Below, one piece after another: positions 22,864 to 34,265 of a DNA stretch of 64,000 nucleotides (its first letter is position 1; the number at the start of each line of letters is the position of its first letter). This DNA comes from Cyanophora paradoxa CCMP329 (Eukaryota; Plantae; Glaucophyta), in assembly GCA_004431415.1 (NCBI GenBank), contig QPMI01000482.1, forward strand, positions 62,001-126,000. Reading direction: 5' to 3'. The translations under genes were made by a program, and so were the position numbers. Below the pieces are notes generated by a model. That model did not search any database, was not told where the DNA came from, and saw only the letters and a list, made by a program, of their open reading frames with translations.

Positions 22864-24289
22864 ATTCTGGAGGGGAACCGCGGGTGGCAGGCTTGTCTGC
22901 TGTTTGTGTGCGATTTTTGAAGCGGGGCGGGACACGTCTCACGGGGTGCAGATCTCGGAGGGGGGCTTATTGTTACGGCAGGGGTGATTCCTGGCCAAAT
23001 CATTGAATCCGGCGCGCAAGTCTAAGACGTTCCGGCTACGTAGCCTACTGGCTAGGATTCTCGCCGTTCGTGACATTATGCGTAAGCGTGTCTGTGCGCG
23101 AGACACGCAACCAGTGACCGGCCGATTTTGCAATCGGCCACACGAAGGACGTGGCCATGCCAAGGATGGCGCCCAGCCTGGGCCTGGCAGGCCCGCCGGC
23201 GATCGCGAGCGCGCGCCCGCACTGCGGCAAGCTTAAGGGGAAATTTTTGAAACCTCATTAATTTGGCGGGGGCCGGCCGCGGGGCGCGCGCGGCCGGCGC
23301 GCGGCCCTGCTAGCGCTGGCAGAATTTGAGGCCGGTAATAGGGGTGGCATGCTTCATGATACTTCATCATATGAACTTCGGAAGCCTCGCGACCGGCGCC
23401 GAATCGGCAGCGATTCGGCGCCGGCGCGCATCGCGCGCGGTCCGACGGTCGACGACTCGACGTCCGCGGCCGCGGCCGGGCGCACGGCCGGGGCGGCGCC
23501 GGCGCCGGCGCCCGCGGCCGCGGCCGCGGCGCGTCGACGTCGGCGCGCGCGACGTCGACGTCGGATCCCGGAATCGTCCGGTCGGCGGCTTGCAATAATT
23601 TTTTATAATCTAATTGGCCAGTCGCGATCGGAAAAAACTCGCGACATGAACATGAATCCATATCCATATGAATGCATATGCAACTGCAAGAATTCGAATG
23701 CTGATCAGAGGCAGCTAGCGCGCGATATCGATCGCGATTCGCGATTCGCGATTCCGAAGTTCGCGAATCGCGATCCGGTGCCACCGTGGGCCGTGGGCCG
23801 TGGCACGCCGTGACGGTACCGGTGGCTCGGCGCCGTGCACTGCCAGTGCGGCAGTGCGGCGCCTGCGTGCCGCAGTGCACTGCGTGACAGTGCGTTACTG
23901 TGCGTGTAGCGTGCGCAGCGTTAGCCCGGGGCCCGGGGGTACTCGAGTACTACTAGGCTAGCCCCGTTACTCGGCCGCAGACTCCCCGCAGTCTCCGCGC
24001 CGTACGCGTACGTATATACCGTATTATGGCCGTATACGGTGCGGCGTACGCCGCGTACCGCGGTCACGGGTAAGTTGCCGCCGCCGGTAACGTTAACGGG
24101 CCTAGCGACCCTTCGAATTCGGGGCCATTTTCGGGCTACCGTAGTACTAGCGGCGCGCGGTGCCCCATGCATATGCCATCGTATGCTCCGTCGCCGCTGA
24201 GCGCGCGCGCAGGCGCAGGCCTAGGCCGAGTATCCGCTGCGCGGCGCAGCCCGGCGCAGATCTAGAGCGTCCGAGACTCGGCGAATGCG

Positions 24290-25515
24290 ATGGATATCGA
24301 TACACATACCAGCCGCGCCGGCGCGCGCAGCCAGCTGCAGACGAGCGCCTTTGCGCCGAACATGTACAGATTCTTCACCTCCTCGATCGCGAGCGCGGCC
24401 GACTTCGCGGGGACTCCGGGCTTCTACGACTACTTCAGCGAGCACTTGGCGAAGCAGTCGAGCCTGCGCGGGAACGCCGACAGCGTCACGCAGCTCGGCC
24501 TCGACTTCTTCTGGCTCGCCTTCGGCTTCCACGCCGCCGCCGCCGCCGCCTTCGCCCACCTCACCCTCTTCCACGGCAAGGAGTGGCGCCGCCTCCACGT
24601 GCTCACCCTCGCCATCGCCGCCACGGGCGCCGCCGCCTACTACGCGCTCGCCCGCGGCCAGGGCGCCGTCGCCCTCGCCAACGACGCCGGCACGGGCTTC
24701 CGCCTCTTCTGCTGGGCCCGCTACGTGCAGTGGGCCGCCACCGCCCCCGCCCTCGTCTACGTCCTGGGCCTCCTCGCCGGGGCCGCGCCGGGGGCCATCC
24801 TCGCCGGCGCCGCCGCGGCCGAGGCCTCCGTCGCGGGGCGGCTGTTCGGGGCCCTATCGGGCGGGGCCTCCCGCTGGGGCTGGTTCGCCTGCGCCTGCGC
24901 CGCCCAGCTCGCCCTCTTCGCCCTCCTCTTCGCCGCCTTCCGCCCCGCCGCCTACCGCCGCTCCCTCTCCCGCGGCCACGCCACCAGTGCGACCTCCCCG
25001 CCGCGCGCGGGCTATATCGCGACTCGGATTTTCCTGATTCGATTTGATTCGATCCCCGCGGGCGGCAGCGGTGGCGCTCTTCTTCACGCTGGCGGCGTGG
25101 CTCCCCGAGCTGGCGGCGTGGGTGGTCGGGGAGGGGAGGCGGGCGGCGACGGCGGACGCCGAGGTCCTCCTCTACGCCGTCCTCGACGTCCACAGGCAGC
25201 TCCTCTCCTGCGCCATCGTCCTCCTCTCCGAGCCCGTCCGCGGGCCCCTGGTGCCCCGCATCCCCCGGCCCCCGCTCCCTCGAATTCCTTTCTAGATCTG
25301 TTCGTCTTTTGAGCCCCCCTCCGGATCCGCAGCGTTCTCCCCGCTTTGGCGACGACTCCGGATCCGACTTCGAAGCATCCCCAGTACCCCAAGCTGGCGG
25401 CCTGTATGCGGAGCTGTTCGGGGCCGTGCTCTCCACCGCGCAGCTGAATTCAAAGGTTCGAATTCGCCCCCCTGCATGTACCCTACAATTTCCTACTCCG
25501 CCCCCCAAGACCTAG
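24290..25515 (+). CDS. Microbial (type-1) rhodopsin-fold protein lacking the retinal-binding lysine; may continue into the downstream lipase
   Basis: Seven hydrophobic segments. Helix B AAAYYALARGQG; helix C WARYVQWAATAPAL; helix E SRWGWF; helix F WLPELAAWVVGEG; helix G EVLLYAVLDVHRQLLSCAIVLL aligns without gaps to bacteriorhodopsin ETLLFMVLDVSAKVGFGLILL. Intron at 24987-25068. The C-terminal end is model-dependent. Confidence 0.85.
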
Positions 25516-25607
25516 AAAATCATGATCAACAGCTTGACTCAGTGACTCCCTGCCAGGGCGAGGGCAAGCCCGCCCCTCATGATCATGATCAGGGTCGCAC
25601 CCGCGAC

Positions 25608-28304
25608 ATGGGGGCGAAGCCCGCGGCGGCCGTATCCACCTCCCTCGGAAAAGACCTGAGCGCGTACGCCGTCCTTGCCAACATCCTTCGGGTACCCCTC
25701 CCACTCTCGAGCCCCCCCTCCCGGCCTCTCGTCACCACGTACCCCTGGCCTGCAGAACGCCAAGCACGGACTGGGTCCCTGGTCTCTCGTCGACGTCACG
25801 CTTGGCATCTTTATCTTGGCTCGGAAGGTAGCACGAGATGCACCCCATATGCATGGCCACCCCCTCCGCCTCTAGATCTCCCCCGCCGCGGCGCCTTTCT
25901 TGACTCTGTGTACATGTGTAGGGAAAGCAGCTGCCGGAGCGCCTCGAGGGGGCCCCCGTCGTCACCGACCGCCAGTATCTCACCAGGCGCGCTCCCTCCT
26001 CCCTTAGCTATAGGCCTTGATGTCCCCCTCCTAGGACTCCGTGCACGTGCCTCTGCAGGCTCTTCCCGCCCCCGCCTCGCTCTCTGACGCTGCCGCTCCG
26101 GATCCGGGCCGGGATACAGCGTGCAGTTTTTCTGGATGCTGGCCGGAGGTTGCTACAGGGACTTCCGCTACCTCCACGACGTGCGCCCCCGCCTCCGGAT
26201 CCCGCCTTGCCCCCCGCCTCTCCGGCCGCGGGATCCAATTTCCCCTTCCTTTCCCTCCCCCCGGCCCTGCGCAGTACTGTCCCGTTAGATTCGTGAGTTC
26301 GAACTGGGAGTCGGTACGTATATATACATCCGCTCTCCCGAGTACCCCTGCGCACGCCCTGCACATATGAACGTCATGATCAATTTGCAAGCTTCGATTT
26401 CTTATGTAGCCCGTGTCGCCGCAGGAGTTCCGCGAGCCGGCGTACTGCATCGCGGTGAACGAAGCGTCGCGGCAGGCACGCCCTCCTCTGGATCCATCCC
26501 CCCCCCCCCCCCCCCCCCCGCCCTCTCGAGCTCGAGCTCGCACACCTCCTGAGACCCCCCGCGCCGCGCCGCAGGTCATTCTCGCGATACGGTGCGGGGG
26601 GCATGTACAATCCGGGGCCTCCAATCGCGAGGCATTAATATTGACGTCCGGATCGATATCCCTGGCCCGCGCGCGCTCTTCGGGCACGCAGGGGTACGGA
26701 ATTAGCACACGACGTCCTCACAGATCTCGACTTCGAGCCCGTACCGTTCGGGGTAAGCGCTCGCCCGAGCTCGGGGCCGGGGGTGCATGCACGCGGACTG
26801 CGAGCCCTGACCGGGTACCGGTGGCAGCTGCAGGGGGGGCTGGCCCACGGGGGTATGCTGGAGTCGGCGCGGTACATGCGGCGCACGCTGGGGCCCGAGC
26901 TGGGCCGCCTCCTCGCCGAGAACCAGGGGTTCGGCCTCGCCATCTGCGGGCACTCGGTGCGAATCCCCTCCAGCTCTAGCTCTCTGGACCAGTTGATCGT
27001 TTCGGCGCGTCGAGCTCTGACGAGGCGGGGCCCGGGGTGTGGAAAGCTCGGGGCAGGGGTAGCGGCGCTGCTCACCGTGCTCTATCGGGACGAAGGCATC
27101 CCCGCTGTCTGCTACGCGTTTGCTACACCCGCCTGCGTCGCGCGCAACCTGGTACTCAGCATCGCTGCCGCGCCTCTCTTGCCCCGGCCGAGCGCCGGCC
27201 GCGGGCTGATGCAGGCGCCCGCAGTCCGAGTCGGTCGCCCCATATATTTCGAGCTTCGTGCTGGCAGACGACCTGGTACCCCCCCGCGCCGAATCCCGTC
27301 GGCCTTGTCTCGCACCTGCCGTGTGAGCGCCGTGCCAGGTGCCCCGCCTCTCGGCCGCCCACATCGAGGACCTGCGGCGCGACATCGCCCGGTCCCCCTG
27401 GCAGACCCTCCTCACCGAGGAGGTCCGAGCCCGTACCCCGGCCCCCTTCGAATTCGTTGCGCCTTCGACCTTCAGCTAACCCATTGCAACTCCCGCCCCT
27501 CCTCCCTCCCTCCCGCACGCACAGGAAGCGAAGGCTTTGGATGCGCTGGCTCGCTCCGTCGACCTCGAGGAGAAGGCACGCACCTCATGATCAGGGCCTC
27601 CCTTCCCTCTTTCATTTGCCATGTACCCCCGTCTGATTCCGTGCCCCAGCTGAAGGAGCAGGTGCGGGAGGCGACGGAGTCGGCGTCCGATCGTGAGTCG
27701 CCCGAGGGGCTGTTTGGCACCGGCCCCGCGCCGGCTCCGGCGCCGGCCCCAGAGGTCGAGCACGCGTACGAGCACGAGCGCGAGCGCCTGCGGAACCCGC
27801 TGCTCCGCTGCAAGCTGTACCCCCCGGGCGCCCTGCACTTCATCGTCCTCGAGACGGCCGATCGCGAGGCGCGTCCGCCCTGCGACTCTTCGAATTTGTG
27901 CCCCTGCGCATGCGCCCCCGGCCCCGTGATCGCCCCCTCGCGCAGCAGGCCGCGCCGGTCGAGCGGGGCCCGCGTTCGAGCCTCCTCGGGGCGGCGCCGG
28001 CCCTGCCCGTGGCCTCCCCGGCCTCCCCCCCGCCCGTTCGCGCGACAGCGATGCAGCGGGTCGGCCCCGAGTTCTTCGACCGGGTGCGCGCAACGGCATG
28101 ATATCGATCATATGCATCATGATCATGATCATAGCGTCGTGACCAGTCTGCCAGATGCTGCTCACGCGGACGATGGTCGACAACCACATGCCCGACAAGT
28201 ACACGATGGCTCTGGGCGACTTGCTCTGCCATCCCAACGACCTCCGCGCCCCCCGAAAATCGGGCGCTTCCCGGTTCTATGAGGCTATGGTATCTGCATT
28301 ATAG
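25608..28304 (+). CDS. Class-3 lipase (mono-/diacylglycerol lipase-like, Lipase3_N + Lipase_3)
   Basis: Spliced peptides LGPWSLVDVTLGIFILARK, PAYCIAVNEASRQ|VILAIRGT..DVLTD, AHGGMLESAR, nucleophile elbow ICGHS|LGAG, CYAFATPACV, DDL|VPRLS, KLYPPG, MVDNHMPDKY. The Ser-Asp-His triad appears intact. Stop TAG at 28302-28304. The start may instead be upstream, fused to the opsin. Confidence 0.88.
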
Positions 28305-28471
28305 ACGTATACGTAATTTATATAAGAATCAAACGCTTTTTAATTTACAAAGAACTATATAGCTGTACTAGTGTACCTATGGCATGGTAGGACACGGGCC
28401 CCCCGGGCCCATGGCCAGCCGCACAATTGCAAGAGACTGTCAGGGGCCTGAACATGGTGTACGTCAACATG

Positions 28472-28515
28472 AACACAGAATTTCAAAGAAGTATACTTCT
28501 TTGAAATTCTGTGTT
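28472..28515. repeat. Perfect 44-bp AT-rich palindrome between convergent gene ends
   Basis: aacacagaatttcaaagaagtatacttctttgaaattctgtgtt is its own reverse complement. Confidence 0.95.
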
Positions 28516-28748
28516 GCTATATATATATATGTATACCGCCGCCGGTATCGATCATAGTCTCTCTTCGAAATTAAATCTGTCTTCTGTTGATCGCGCCGCT
28601 TTGCTCTGATTGTAGTGATTGTGAGCAACTCGCTTTTTTGTTGAAAATTCCGAGTTCAGGGGACCGGGCATTCTTAGGCTTTAATTGATAGAAGTCCAGT
28701 CGTTCGTGAGGACCAGGGTGGGCTACAGCCGGCGAGAGCGGAAGGGGC

Positions 28749-31700
28749 TCAGGTGGAGGCGAACTGGGCCTGCCAGGCCTCGAAGCGGCGGAGCTCGGCG
28801 GGGGCGATCGAGGGCCGCGTCCGCGCCAGCGACTCCTCGAAGTCCCTCCGCGTGAGGCTGCCGCGCCGCGGCGGTCCACGTCGGGGTGGAGGGGAAAGGG
28901 AGGGGGGGGGGGGGGGGGGGGGGGCACGCGGAGGCGCGCACCTGACCTCGAGCTGCCCGGCGCCCTTCATCGCGCGGATCTCCGCGGGGGTCTTGTCCTG
29001 CGCGGGAGCCTCACGCCGGCCGGGGGCGCGGCGCCGCAAGGCGGGGGCGCGTGTGCGGGGCGCACGGCGGCGAGGCGGCGGACGGGGGCCATGCTGGCGT
29101 CCCGGCACACCGACCGGATGTCGCTGCCCCCGCCCCCGCCTCAGAGCGATCCGAGACCGGGGCGGGCGGGCGGGGCGGGGCGGGGCGCGCCTGCCGGAGT
29201 AGTTCTCGGTGGCGGCCGCGAGCTCCTCCAGCGAGACCGACGCTGCGCCGCCCGCCCGGGGTGAGGCGCCCCGCTCGGGAGGAGGGGGAGGGCGACTAGG
29301 CTCCCCGCACTCGAGGCGAAGGCACAGCAAAGCCCGCAAACAAGCGGCGGGGAAGGCGTATTCAAATTGGAAGCTGTAATCTGCTTCGTCCTATCGTTCA
29401 CGGCGAGGAGGGGGCGGGGCCGCACGGTCGAGGGGTACGGAGCGGAGGTGGATGGCGAACATCGCCCGCCGCGCCTGCCCCCGCCCCCCGTCAGCGCCCT
29501 GGGCCGGAGCCGGCGTGAAGGCGCGCGCGGGCCTCGGGGTCGGGCGGGGGGATGTAGATGCGCTTCTCGAGGCGGCGGCGCATCGCCTCGTCCAGGTCCC
29601 ACGGCGCGTTCGTCGTCCTGCCCCCGAGGAGGCGCACAGGGGCGTGAGGGGGGCGGAGGAGGGCGGGGCGGCGGCCCGGGCGCACGCGAGGACCATGACC
29701 ATACCGCCCCCGCCGGCGCCGCCGGCCGCCGCCGCCGTCGCGACGCCGTCGATCTGCTGCAGCAGCTCCGACTTGAACCGCCGGCTCGCCTGCGCCCGGG
29801 GGCCGGCTCGAGCGTGGCGCAGAGGCCCCCGGCGGGGCGGGGGCGGGCGGGGCGGGCCTCGTGCTCGTCGGCGGCGCCGCGGGTGGAGGCGAGGGCGTCG
29901 AGCTCGTCGAAGAAGACCACCGACGGGCTGCGAGGAGCCGGCCTCGAGGGGGGCGGCCCGGGCGGGGGGCGGGCGGAGCGGGGACGGCGGGCCTGTAGTG
30001 GCGGGCGAGGTTGAAGAGGGTCCGCACCAGCTTCTCCGACTCGCCCCGCTGCGCGCGGCTCGGGCGGGAGGCGGGGGGAAGAGGGCTCGGGGCGGGGAGG
30101 CGGGGGGAAGAGGGCTCGGGGCGGGAGGCGGGGGGAAGAGGGCTCGGGGCGGGGAGGCGGGGGGGAAGAGGGCTCGGGCGGGGAGGCGGGGGGAAGAGGG
30201 CTCGGGCGGGGAGGCGGGGGGAAGAGGGCTCGGGGCGGGGAGGCGGGGGGGAAGAGGGCTCGGGCGGGGAGGCGGGGGGAAGAGGGCTCGGGGCGGGGAG
30301 GCGGGGGGAAGAGGGCTCGGGGCGGGGAGGCGGGGGGGAAGAGGGCTCGGGGCGGGGAGGCGGGGGGGAAGAGGGCTCGGGGCGGGGAGGCGGGGAGGGC
30401 GCGCCCACTTGGAGACGAGGGAGGCGGCGGAGCAGGCGAAGAAGGTGGTGCCGCCCTGCAGCACGCGCCCCGGGCGTGGGCCCCGCCCCAGGCAAGCGAG
30501 CGGCGGGGGGCGCACCATGGAGGCCACTGCACGGGCCAGCAGCGTCTTGCCTGCCCCCGCCCTCGGCGGTGAGGGGGCGAGGGGGGGAGGAGAGCGGGGG
30601 GAGGGCCCCCGCACCCGTGCCCGGGGGCCCGAAGAGCAGGACGCCCTTCCAAGGCTCCCGGATGCCCGTGAAGTGCCTGTACCCCCGGCGTGGGGGGGGG
30701 GAAGCAGGGGGGGGGGCACGCTGGGCGCACTCGGGGATGATGAGGGGCAGGACCACCGCCTCGTTCAGGAGGCTGCCCGGGGGTACGGTGAACAAAAAGC
30801 TGGCAAGACGTACCCTCTGAGAGGTTGGAGGGGGTACCGCTTCGCGTCGGCGAGGCCGGCGATGTCGTCGAAGGTCACGCCGAGCGGCCTGTCGAGGATG
30901 TCCTGCGGGAGGACGGGATCAGCTGGGGGCACGCTGGACGGGAACGGGGTGCGGGCGCGCCCGCTCGATGGCCTCCACCAGGGCGGGGTCGTCGTTCCCG
31001 GAGTAGCTGGGCGCGGTTCAGACGGGGGAGGGGAGAGAAGGGGCGGGGCGCGCGGGCCGCACGGGGGCGGGGCGCCGGGGCGGCGACGAGTGGGGCGGCG
31101 GGGGCGGCGGAGGCGGTGGCGGCGGGGGGCCCCCCGGGCGCGCCCTGCGGGGCCAGGCTCCAGCCCCGCACCTCCAGCCGCGTCTTCCAGGAGGCCAGGC
31201 CCACCGGCCCTCGCAGCGCATCCCTGCCCACCGCCCCCGCCTCAGATCAGCGGGGGGTACGCTTGCGCGCTGCGGGGCGGCAAGGGGGGTACTCACACTT
31301 GGGGGACCTCGAGGTCCGAGAAGACCGGTTTGCCGTTGCTCACGAGCGTGACGCGGCGGCCGCGGACCTGCGGGGGTGGTGGGTGGGGAGGGAGAGAGGG
31401 GGGGTATTGACGGTGCTTTTTTTCTCAAAAGGGTCCCCGCTCGGTTTCGAACCTTGATCTCAACGGAGGCGCTCGCGTTGGGTGCCAGGCTCCGATCCTG
31501 CGCCTGGCCGTACATCGCCTGTACCCCGCCATCCACGTACCGCTCTGCCTTCCAAACCTGATCGGGTACGTCAAAATTCGGACGAGTCGCCGGGGCGGGG
31601 GTGGGGTGGACGGCCCTCGCCTTCTCTGAGGCGTTCATCGAGAGACAGATGAAGTTGGCGCTGGTACCCGTGATGCCATTGAAGCGGCTGTCGGGGACGC

Positions 31701-32600
31701 TGCGCAGGGGGCTATTGGCTTTGGGTGGAGCAAAACGAGTTTTTGCGTTACGGGTTACGATCGCGCCTCAGGACGACGGACACGTGCGTTGATTCCGCGG
31801 TATCCGTCCGGAGGGCCTTGACCTGCGCGGGTACAGCGATAAGCGAGCGGAAAGGGTACCGCAGAGAGCAGAGGGGACGCGCTTGGAACCGGAGGTCGAA
31901 TCCCGGCGCCGTCTGCAGGGCGCCGCACTCGGGCGCCGAGTCGTACGCGATGAAGAAGAAGCCCTGCGCTCGAATCAGGGCGGGCGAGTTTCGCGCAGCG
32001 AGGTGCGCGACGCGCCGGCCCGAGCCCCTCGATCCTGATCGGGTCGCCCGGAGCGAAGTTGCCACGGCCCGTGCGGAGGGTCCAGCCGTCCGAGAGCCGC
32101 TGCACCGGCTGGTTGTCTGCGGAACGGGCCCGAAGGTTCAGCCAGGCGGTGCGCGGCTTAAGCTTCCGCGCCGGAACCCCGCGCGCACCGAGCTTCAGTG
32201 GCGCTCGCACGCCGTTCCGCGTGCCGGGGCCAGTCCCGCGCGGCGGCGCAGGCGCGCCCGAGCCGCCCCTAGGGGCCCCTGCCGCCGCGTCTGGACGGGG
32301 CCGTGCGGTGACGCGCGGCACCGCGCGGGGGCCGCGTACCGGAGCGGCGCTCGCCCTCGGCCGCATTCGCGTACTCTTTGAAGGCCGCCAGGTACTCGTT
32401 CTTGCGGGGCGCCGGCTGCCGCTCGGACGTGCTGCGCGGCACGGGCGGCCGCGGAGCGGACAGTTTCGCAGGCTCCGCGGAGCCCGACGCCGGCGCCAGA
32501 GGACGGTGGCCTTCCCTCAGGAGCACGTCCCGCCTGCCCGCCGACGCGCTCGGCGGCTGGTCAAGCCCAATTGCAAGCGGTCCGCGCGTCAGCCCGGCCC
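28749..32600 (-). CDS. Katanin p60-family microtubule-severing AAA ATPase (5' end uncertain)
   Basis: Exons give LVEAIER|DILDRPLGVTFDDIAGL, EAVVLPLIIPE, REPWKGVLLFGPPGTG|KTLLARAVA (Walker A), SLVSKW|RGESEKLVR, VFFDELDAL (Walker B), EHE|ASRRFKSELL, TNAPWDLDEAMRRRLEKRIYIP, RFEAWQAQFAST*. Confidence 0.88.
30058..30397. repeat. Intronic G-rich minisatellite, 11 copies of ~29 bp
   Basis: Unit GGGGGGAAGAGGGCTCGGGGCGGGGAGGC varies only in G-run length. It lies in the katanin intron between SKW and RGESEK. Confidence 0.95.
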
Positions 32601-33101
32601 ATGCCATCAAATCGGCCAGGAACTCGCGCCCGGCGCGACGCGCTCACCGGCGCTCCATAACGGGGCGGAGGAGAAGGAAACGAGCTCCGCACTCGCGCGT
32701 CGGCGATGTCGCTGAAGAGCTTGCCCCTGTAGTTGCCCGGGCGTGCCCGTGGTGCCGAGACGAAGCCTGCACCGCGCGCCGCGCGTTAGCGCCGGAAACA
32801 AGCGATTCACTGCCGTCTCGAGCGGGAGGAGCACGCGCTTGGCAGCGAGGAGCGGTTGAACGAGGAGCGCGCCGGCGCAGATGTCTTGATCGAGTTCCAG
32901 ATGGCCGCTTGCAGCTGGCGGTCTTCGTTCATCTGTCTGACGATCCTCGTTCCTCGTACATAAGCGCTGGAGAAACGCTCGGCTGCGCTCGAATTTCTCG
33001 GGTACGGCAGTTAGACGCTCGCAGAAGTCGGCCGTCGACAGGCCGCTTACACACTGAAGCAGTTCCCGCAGGCGAAGGGCTTCGCTTCGTTGAGGCCTCC
33101 A

Positions 33102-33870
33102 ATGGCAGAACGACGGCAGCAGTCCTGGGGGGTGCCGATGTGGGCGCTCGCGGCGGCTGGTGCCCTCGCGCTCGTCCTAGCCATGCGCGGCCGCCGCGCT
33201 GAACCCGTCCACCGCTTCCCGACGCCGGACGAGCAGAAGGAGCTGCAGGCGACCTGGTGCGCTCGCTCGCTTCGCCCGCGCGCCGCGGGCTGAGTTGCGT
33301 ACGGGGCGCATGCAGGGCCCGCGCGGTCGTCGGGATGCAGCTAGAGGGAGGAACGTGGATGCGGCTGCAGGCCACGCGGTTCCAGAGCGCCCCTGCCGCG
33401 GCGAAGCGCCCGGCGGTCCCCCAGGATGTCCTTAGCGGGGTCACGTACTGTGCGCTTCCGCCGGCCGGCTGGGCGCGCCGCGAGCTCGAGCTCACGGCGG
33501 GGCGCAGCGATCACGGGGTGGAACCCGATGGGCCGCAAGGCGGACGAGGCGCAGAACCGGGCGGCGAACGCGCGGCTCGAGGCCGACCTGCGCGGCCTGA
33601 AGGTGCGCGAGCGGCTCGGAGCGCGGCGCCTGGCGCCTCACGAGAGCAGCCGGCGCCGGCGCGGGTGCTCCCGTCCTTCGGGTCCGACGAGGCGTCGGTG
33701 CGCGCGGGGCCCGCCCCGCCCCGCCCCGCGCCGCTCACCGAAGGCCGGCCTCTGAGCTGCGGCCCGCGCGCCCCCGCGCCCGCCGGCCGGGCAGACGTGG
33801 CGTGAGGACGGCTTCTCGGCCGTCTTCCAGCGCCCGACGAGGCGGCCGGTGCGCGGCCCACCCCTCCGCG

Positions 33871-33902
<32 letters not shown>

Positions 33903-34265
33903 CTGGAGCTCGCCCCTTGCTCGTCTGCCGCCGCCGATGCCGCCGCGCGCCGCAGCCGAGCGGGAGATACTGAGGCTGGCGCGCGAGTACGGGCAGGCGG
34001 CGGTGCGCACCGGCGACACCGGACAGCCCTCCTCCGGGCCCGGGGCTCGCTCCGGCATGACCAGGGGCACGCCGGGGGCAGGTGTACAAGTACAGGCGGG
34101 GCCCCGGGGGCGAGCTCCTCCAGGAGGTCGTGCCCTCGTACCCCGAGCTGGACGGCCTCCGGTCCGCCGAGGCCGTCTCCCCGCTCCCCTGAGCTCGGGA
34201 CGAGGCGCCTCGGGCGGCGCGCTTCCTCAGCACTCTTTTATCTTTGCACAAGCGATCGCAAGTAA
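33102..34265 (+). CDS. DUF3293-family protein with N-terminal hydrophobic anchor/signal
   Basis: ITGWNPMGRKADEAQNRAANARLEADL, WREDGF and ILRLAREYGQAAV|YKY match the DUF3293 pattern (ITA.NP...N...N..L...W.E......LA..F/YGQ.A). N-terminal MWALAAAGALALVLAM. The last exon is tentative. Confidence 0.72.

Noticed and set aside
23140-23175. U6 snRNA-like stretch (tggcc..caaggatg) with nearby small hairpins
   Set aside because: There is no ACAGAGA box or AGC triad context, and the similarity is too short to exceed chance.
24290-25295. Functional light-driven proton pump or channelrhodopsin
   Set aside because: The Schiff-base Lys, D85 and D96 equivalents are all substituted.
30058-30397. CRISPR-like array
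   Set aside because: The units are contiguous with no unique spacers, there are no cas genes, and it lies inside a eukaryotic intron.
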